A stretch of DNA of 64,000 nt, taken from NCBI GenBank assembly GCA_002269645.1, contig NIVC01001606.1, positions 62,001-126,000 of the forward strand, given 5' to 3'. The notes under the pieces were generated by a model that was given only the letters and a program-made list of their open reading frames with translations, was not told the origin of the DNA and made no database searches. The DNA is from Macrostomum lignano (taxonomy: Eukaryota). Made by a program: the position numbers and the translations under genes. Each line of letters starts with the position of its first letter. The stretch's first letter is position 1. Shown here piece by piece: positions 57,544 to 64,000 of the stretch.

Positions 57544-60500
57544 TCAAGGCACAAAAATTGATTTTACCAAGGGAATCAGCTTCAACAACGCGTACCCGAT
57601 AAGTGCGGAACACAGAGTGAGCGGTGTAAATACAGTAGCCTGCACTGCGATCAAAACAAGAGCCAATAAAACCCCGAATGTTGACGAAATCGCGTCCACA
57701 AAAATATAACGTCTTCGCATCGAAAACTCTTCGTTAGGCATGGCTGTTCGAGCCCGACGCCTGATTAGTTGCAGAAATCGACAGCCGGCGATAACAAGGT
57801 TGAGAACTAGGCCAACGCTCTCAAAAATTGGAATTTTAACGCCGACTTTTCTTAAGCCAGACGCGTGGTGCATTGCAAACTTCAGGAATCTAATGCCATC
57901 GGCAGCTAAATGGTGTAGAAAACTCGGTACAAAGCCAAACAGCCTCCTCGAGTGCCTAACTAGCTGCAGACAGACAACTCTGCCATAAATCAAGTAGTTG
58001 ACAAAGTGCTCGCAATTGTTGAACGGAATGCTGTAATCTTCGCCTCCGCGCAGATCTCGAATCTTTTCTTGAATTAGATCCCAATTGAATTCTGAGTTGT
58101 GCACCACTTTCTCGATCTGACCTGGGCCAGTTAATCTGAGAAAGCCTTTAAACTCGTAGAATCCCATTTCGGTCTTCTTTACGGGAAATTCGTAAGTTAC
58201 TCCATAGCCGGTAGATAAATTTGCATCCCAGCTCGTGATGACGAAGTGAACTTCTGCTTCCTTACCAGCTACAGTGCGCCTAAGAACGATGTGATCCAAC
58301 GGTTTTAGGCTTCGTCCACCTACGATGGTTTCCGTGTCCTTCCTCTTGACTTTCAGTTCGTTCCTTAACAGCCCCAACTCCTCGCCGAGTAAGTTTTTGA
58401 CTGCCTTGATGCCATCCTTTGAGAAGCGAGTTTTTATCCAGAAGCAGAAATCTTGGCTAGTCACTCTGCTGCCTTGCATTCCTAGGTAGCCCAGCCGATC
58501 GTCATCCGCATTTAGAAACGTATGATCAATCAGATTTTCTAGTTCTGCTTGGTTCCATTCTCGACAGCTTGCGTACCGAACTCTTTGGAGGTGCTCATCT
58601 TCTCCAATGTCCAGCTTCTCAATGCGGACATGCTTGAAAACGACGTTGTTTTCATAGTATATCACTCTCAGCACATCGTCGCAGTCTTCAACTTTACTGC
58701 ACTCTTTGAGAAGAACATCGTGCGCGTAGAGAGACTTCGGCTTCTTCAAGAATTTGATGTGTCCTCTTTGGAAACGATGTAGATCGTCTGCCGAGGTAAC
58801 AGGAACGATGCACTGTTCCAAATTACTCTGGTGCTTGATGCTGCACCATCGAGCTAAGTCTCGGCCGCTGTTCCACTGGAAGTTGTGCTGTCTCTCTCCC
58901 AGACGCGAGCGAGCCCTAAGAACCACCTCCTCAGTTGAGTAGAGAACCTCGTTCGAGACACAGTACTTCACAACGTAAACTGGCGTTGTTCTTAAATTTA
59001 TTGTGTAGCTGCTCTCGGCGACGGAATTTTTTCCGAGCAACATAGAAGGTCCTACATTGTAGGAAATCGCGCTAAACATCACTTGGTTTTTCATTGCCGG
59101 TGTACTAATGATTTTGGGACAATCGGTGACAACCAAGTGTTTGAAGACTAAGCCGTCTCTGGTGCTAATGACGCACCCTTTGTAAATTTCATTCACACTC
59201 GTCACCTTGGTTACAGTGTAGCTGGGTGTTTCAAGTCCTCCACCGTACAGATGACAATCTCGGAAAATGTCGTTGTGAACGCAAAGCACAGCCTGTCTTT
59301 CGTATTTTTCGATAGCAATTTTTATTTCAAACAGGCAGTTATGAGCATTTTTGTTTACTCGACGGGCAGAGTACTGAATTTTAGTTATCAGAGCACCTGA
59401 GCCATCGCATCTGACTGCAGACACCACTGAGTATATGCCGTCATGCAGTATGATGTCGCCTGGATTCAACAGCTCTGGGCGAATGGTCTTACAGAGTGGT
59501 TGCGCAGTTTCTGTCGTGACGTTTGGAACCTGGATAGCTCGACAAAGCCAGTCTTCCCTGCTTAAGTTAGGATTGGTCAGGTGTAGACAGAAGGCAACTT
59601 TTCCAACCAAACGCTTGTAGGAAATATCCTGTATCATTCTGATTCGCCATTGTAAATCTTCACTAGTCAGACCAATTGCAGCTGATTTTACAACTTGTAC
59701 TGGTTTTTGAATTCTAGTTTCACAAATGTGCGCAGAGTTGATTATTTCTCTGTTCACGTGTCTACTCGACACTAGCATAGTTAACAAAACCTGCGACTCA
59801 CTCGCCTTGACAGCATCTCTAACTTCTCCGTGTAATTCAATTTCACCGTCTGTCGCAAAGTTCAAATGGTCGCCAACTTTCACTTCGTGAATGTGCTGAT
59901 TAGCGGCTACAAAGATCGGTGCAATATTGTTCGCACGATTGCTAACCGACTGGGTCTTGCACCAAAATGCAAAATGAGACGCCCTGTTGTCAATGACCGA
60001 GTGCTCTCGTTCGTTCAGCCGACTTCGAGCTCTTTGCACTACCACATCGGGTGGGTGGCACCAGGTTGGTGGGAAGTGACACTTCCAGCATTTCCTGCTC
60101 AGCGCCCCACCGGGATCCAATGAGTCTTTTCGAGCAATGAATTGAAATTTTTCTCTCATTACCTGGACAGAAAGCCAGTCTCTTCCGTAGTGAATGGCAT
60201 CGATGGTGATGATCAACTCCTGCTCAGTGTCAACGATGCTCGTGTTCTCCACGATAATTTTGTGCGGCAGTTCAAAGTATCGGATTTCTAGTACGTCGCC
60301 AATGGCAACATTCTTGATTGATTTGCACGTGAGCCTCTCCTCGTAGCAATACACCCGTGGTGCCGTATCGGCTTGTGACTCGGTTGATTCGCAGGGCGCA
60401 TCACAAGCGGTAGCGAGTTCGTCAGCTTCAACAGCATCACTTTCAGTCGTGTTTTCGGCTACAGCGGAAACGAAAATTCCCTGGTTCTGAGTTTGTTCCT

Positions 60501-60583
60501 AAAAGTAGAAAAGATATTCGTGGTATTGTGTGTATAACATTGTCGATTTTTAGTTACATGTAACAAGCGAAAGAACTTACCAT
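57544..60583 (-). CDS. Multi-LRAT/PLAAT (permuted NlpC/P60) domain membrane protein, ~985 aa (copy 1)
   Basis: ATG|gtaagt at 60583-60581 spliced (82-nt intron) to a single 2955-nt exon 60498-57544. Repeated LRAT signatures: GD..I..H..., VV.RARSRL.E..(Y/H)..N and NRASHFAFWCKT, NSGRDLARWCSIK, TSQDFCFWIKT, YSIPFNNCEHFVNYLIYG. Hydrophobic C-terminal helices. Confidence 0.85.
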
Positions 60584-61550
60584 AGCGGTCAAGCGCCTCG
60601 CCAGAAAATCCTGTGCACTGTGCATTACAAAAAGCAAGCAAGATAGCTAATAAATATAAACGCTCGTATCTCTGACATGTTATAAATAGCTCTGACATAT
60701 AAAAACACGCCTGAAGCTTGATGCGAAATCTCTGTACATCTGGCGGCTTTGATAACACATTTTCCGCATGAAGTACATATAGGTAGGGCATTAGATAAGA
60801 AATTTAAGAATTTTAATATGTTAAAAATAGAAATGATTACTTTTGTATCCGCTGTCCGTTTGAGCAAGAGTTGCTTACACTCAGAAAATCGCTGCTTTCA
60901 CGTGTAAAAACAAAACGGATGAAGTCCAGCAGTACTACGAGCGTGTTTAAACAAAAAGTCAAACTTTTTTCTATGAATTTAACAGCGTTGAAAAAAAGAT
61001 AACCATTTGAAAAAAAAACTGCATAATATTCACTTATTAATTTAGTCAGATTAAGTTTCTATTAAAACAAAAATTACTACACGATTTTAATTAGCCATCA
61101 CCAATATTCATGTAATATTTATTACTCGTACTTCATTTTTTAAAAACACAGGAATTTTTTTTCTGAATAATACGCATGCATTTGGCTGCAGTACTGTTTA
61201 AAGAGGATATGAAATTGAAATAATTCTTTGTCTATAGAACGTTTCTAGATGAATGGACAACTGAAGCAGAAGGACGCTATATACACTAGAAATGACCTGG
61301 AGGCCAAAGAACGTATGTCTGCCGTAGTGAATTTAGTATGCTTTAGAGAAGGCTGAATAGGGTCGTAAATCGAAAAATTAGGTCACATATTAGAGCATAT
61401 TAATAAGGCATTAGCAATGCGGCAAGTATATGTATACGTTGGTTTAACCGGCATCTAGCACAAAATTTCTAGGAAAGCTGAGTGTATCGTCTAAGCTTGT
61501 ACTCCAGTTTTTTATGTTTATGCATCTTTAAAAAACTTAATTGCTTAAAT

Positions 61551-61913
61551 CAGGGATCAGAAAACTTCGGCCTGCGGGCCACATGAGGCTCCCTAACCCT
61601 CGAGTGCTTTGAAATTTCATAATAGCAATCCGGCCTGCTCAAGGTTTGCCTCTTCTCAGCTCTCTTCTCTTTAATAATATGTTCTCTATTCTCTCATCTT
61701 CTCTCCCTTCGCTCCTCTCATCTCCTCTGCTCTATCTTCTGTTCTCATTTATTTTGTCTCTCCTCTCCTCTTTTATCCCTCGCCTCTCCTTAATTAATTC
61801 TCTCTTCTCTATTAGCTCTGACCATCTCTCACCCTTCCACTGGCCCGCGGCTATGCACTAGATTCTCTAGTCGAGAGAAGGCCCTTCAGGTAAAAAAAGT
61901 TTGCCAAGCCCTG
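61551..61913. mobile_element. hAT-Charlie-type MITE
   Basis: cagggatcagaaaacttcggcctgcgggccacat...tggcccgcgg...aaaagtttgccaagccctg; imperfect 8-bp flanks gcttaaat/gtttaaac; CT-rich interior. Confidence 0.7.
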
Positions 61914-62298
61914 GTTTAAACTAAAAGCAACTGTTTTTTTCCTGAGTACGTCACGCAATTAAGTCGAAAAATACCATAAATATGCATGTACCGTAAACTT
62001 CTGGACTTTATGCATGGTCTTCAGCATATTACAAGGTCGTAGTTTGTCTGGAGCTATTAAATAAGCAATTTTGTATGGTAGAGTAAATAATTACTTTAGA
62101 ATAAGTATACGCATAGACAATTACTGAAGTAGGGCAATGGTATGGTCATGGGGTTTCACCATAGACAAATTAGCTTTCTCGAAAATATACTAAGACTAAG
62201 AGCATCCTTCTACTTCAGTTGTCCATGACTGTTGGTACACATATCTAATAATTATTCGTAATTAAAAAATTATTCAATAAAAGGTTGCAGTGAATCTG

Positions 62299-64000
62299 CT
62301 ACGGTTTCATTCGCGCCATCAGTATGGCGCGCATGCTTGGCAGGAAGTAAGCAAGACCAACAGCCAGTGCTCCGACTCCAGCGGCACTGCCAATAATGGG
62401 GGCACTGACCGGGGCAGTGTGAATGACGGCTCCAACAATGATTACGCTAAATATTGGAACCAAAGTGCGGCACAAGATGTCACGTCTTCTGCCGAGAAAC
62501 TCCTGCTGAGGCATATTGAAGTTCGCTTTGCGATACTGCAAAAGCAGATATGATGCAATACCCAAAAGGGCAATTAAAAGCACCGAGCCGCCCTCAATCA
62601 GCACTAAGGGAAGTGAAGGAGCTGTGCTCAAACTTCCCGTCTCCATCAAGGTGTAGACTAATCGAAGGATTCGAACTGCAGCAGTAGCAATGCTTTGTAC
62701 CGCGTTGGGCAAAAAGTGGCTAAAACGCCAGGCTAGATTATTCAGCTGAGTACTGCTCACCCGGCCATAAATTAAATAGTTGACAAGGTGTTCGCAGTTG
62801 TTAAACAGTAAACTGTAACTCCTACTGCCACACAGTTGATTGAATTTGGCGTCGATCTGATTCCAGTCTAAATCGGAGTTGTGCACGACCTTCTCGATCT
62901 GATTGTCTTCAACTCGAAGAAATCCTTGAAACTTGACGACTCCCATGTCTTTTGGATCCTGCGGCAATGCGTACGTGACCCCAACGCCGGAACAAGTGGC
63001 AGCATCCCACTCGGTTAAAATGAAATCAGCCTCAGAAACTACACCGTTGACCATCCGATATATTCAGAATAATGTGATCGTATTGCCTGAGACTGCGTCT
63101 ATCAACTCTGTCTTCGAGTTCAACTTTTTGATTACTTTGCGAAACCTTTAGTGATTTTTCTCTAATAAGTTTCTTCATTTTGTCCTGAATTTCGGCCAGG
63201 TCAGTACCGAACAGGCTTTGAATGCCGCACATCCGACCGGCATCAGAATTAGTTCTCAGCCAGAAGCAAAAGTCCCGGTTGCAAACCTTGCTGCCAAACT
63301 TCTTGGCCTTCGCAGTCCATCCCTTCCTGTCGTCGTCGGCATTCAAAAACGTGCAGTCCGTCAGCTCCTCCAGAATAGCAAAACCAGCGGCTTCTTCAAA
63401 GCCGTAGTAGTTGACGCGTCGAATCGAGCTCTCACCCGGGCCAATGACGAGCTTTTCAAATCGCACCTGTTTCTGGTCGTGATTATTTTCGTACAACTCG
63501 ACCCGAACAATATCGCTGCAGCCATCCACTGCAGAGCAGCTGCGCATAATTGCTTCGTGCTTGTAAAAGCAAGGCGACTTGTAGAACTTTATGTGGCCTC
63601 TCTCGAACTCAACAAGGTCTTTTGCCGAGTGTACGGGAACTGCGCACTGCTCCCTGTTGCTGCTATGCTTGATGCTGCACCAGCGAGCAAAGTCGCGACT
63701 GCTGTTCCACTGGAAGTTGTGCTGCTTCTCTTTGAGTCGGCTGTTGGCTCTTTTAATCACCTCTTCTGGGGTGAGAACGCAGCCTTCCAGTACGTTGTAC
63801 TTAATCGTATAAATTTTCTGCTTCTTCAAGTCTACTGATAAAGTTTGCCTCTCAATCTGACCTCTCCACGAACCTCTGTAAAAAATGACATCGATTGCAG
63901 CGCAGTGGGGATTGTTCGCATCCGGTAGCACCGGGTTTCCGACCACCACAGCGTGCTGGTACAGAGAATACCAATGGTCTCTCCAAGAAATGACCGAGCC
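62299..64000 (-). pseudogene. Tandem paralogue of the multi-LRAT gene (copy 2), frameshifted near 63055-63062; 5' part outside window
   Basis: ORFs 63032-63949 (open to the window edge) and 62299-63054 align collinearly with copy 1 modules 4-6 (EKQHNFQWNSSRDFARWCSIKH; TFLNADDDR; NNCEHLVNYLIYGRV) but lie in different frames. Could be a true pseudogene or an assembly error. Confidence 0.7.

Noticed and set aside
57544-64000. Viral or horizontally acquired origin of the near-intronless multi-LRAT genes
   Set aside because: Spliceosomal intron after the ATG, no viral hallmark genes nearby, and LRAT domains are native to animals; needs phylogeny before any such claim.

Overview
Eukaryotic (metazoan) genomic DNA with spliceosomal introns, gene islands and a very high density of micro/minisatellites and non-autonomous transposons. 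This style suggests a free-living flatworm such as Macrostomum (inference, not shown by the sequence). No rRNA, intact tRNA or CRISPR array was found. Hand-parsed genes, left to right: the 3' end of a hAT transposase; a secreted PAN/Apple + ALK/LTK-type glycine-rich-domain protein (-); an SRCR-SRCR-ZP, probably GPI-anchored, DMBT1/uromodulin-like protein with a GC-AG intron (+); an orphan 2-TM protein (+); a ~3,500-aa apolipoprotein-B/apolipophorin-like large lipid transfer protein, ~16 exons with apparent homopolymer frameshifts (-); an orphan CaaX-terminated protein (+); Rab2 (-); and two tandem paralogues encoding long strings of LRAT/PLAAT-type (permuted NlpC/P60) modules ending in a hydrophobic membrane segment (-). 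The most unusual item is the multi-LRAT pair: about six modules per protein, only the last retaining the catalytic NCEH cysteine. Also notable are CORE-like tRNA SINEs (one seeding a minisatellite from its own head), nested hAT MITEs with intact TSDs, a Mutator-type MITE, and CpG-poor/TpA-rich domains. All exon coordinates were derived by hand from splice consensus and phase continuity.
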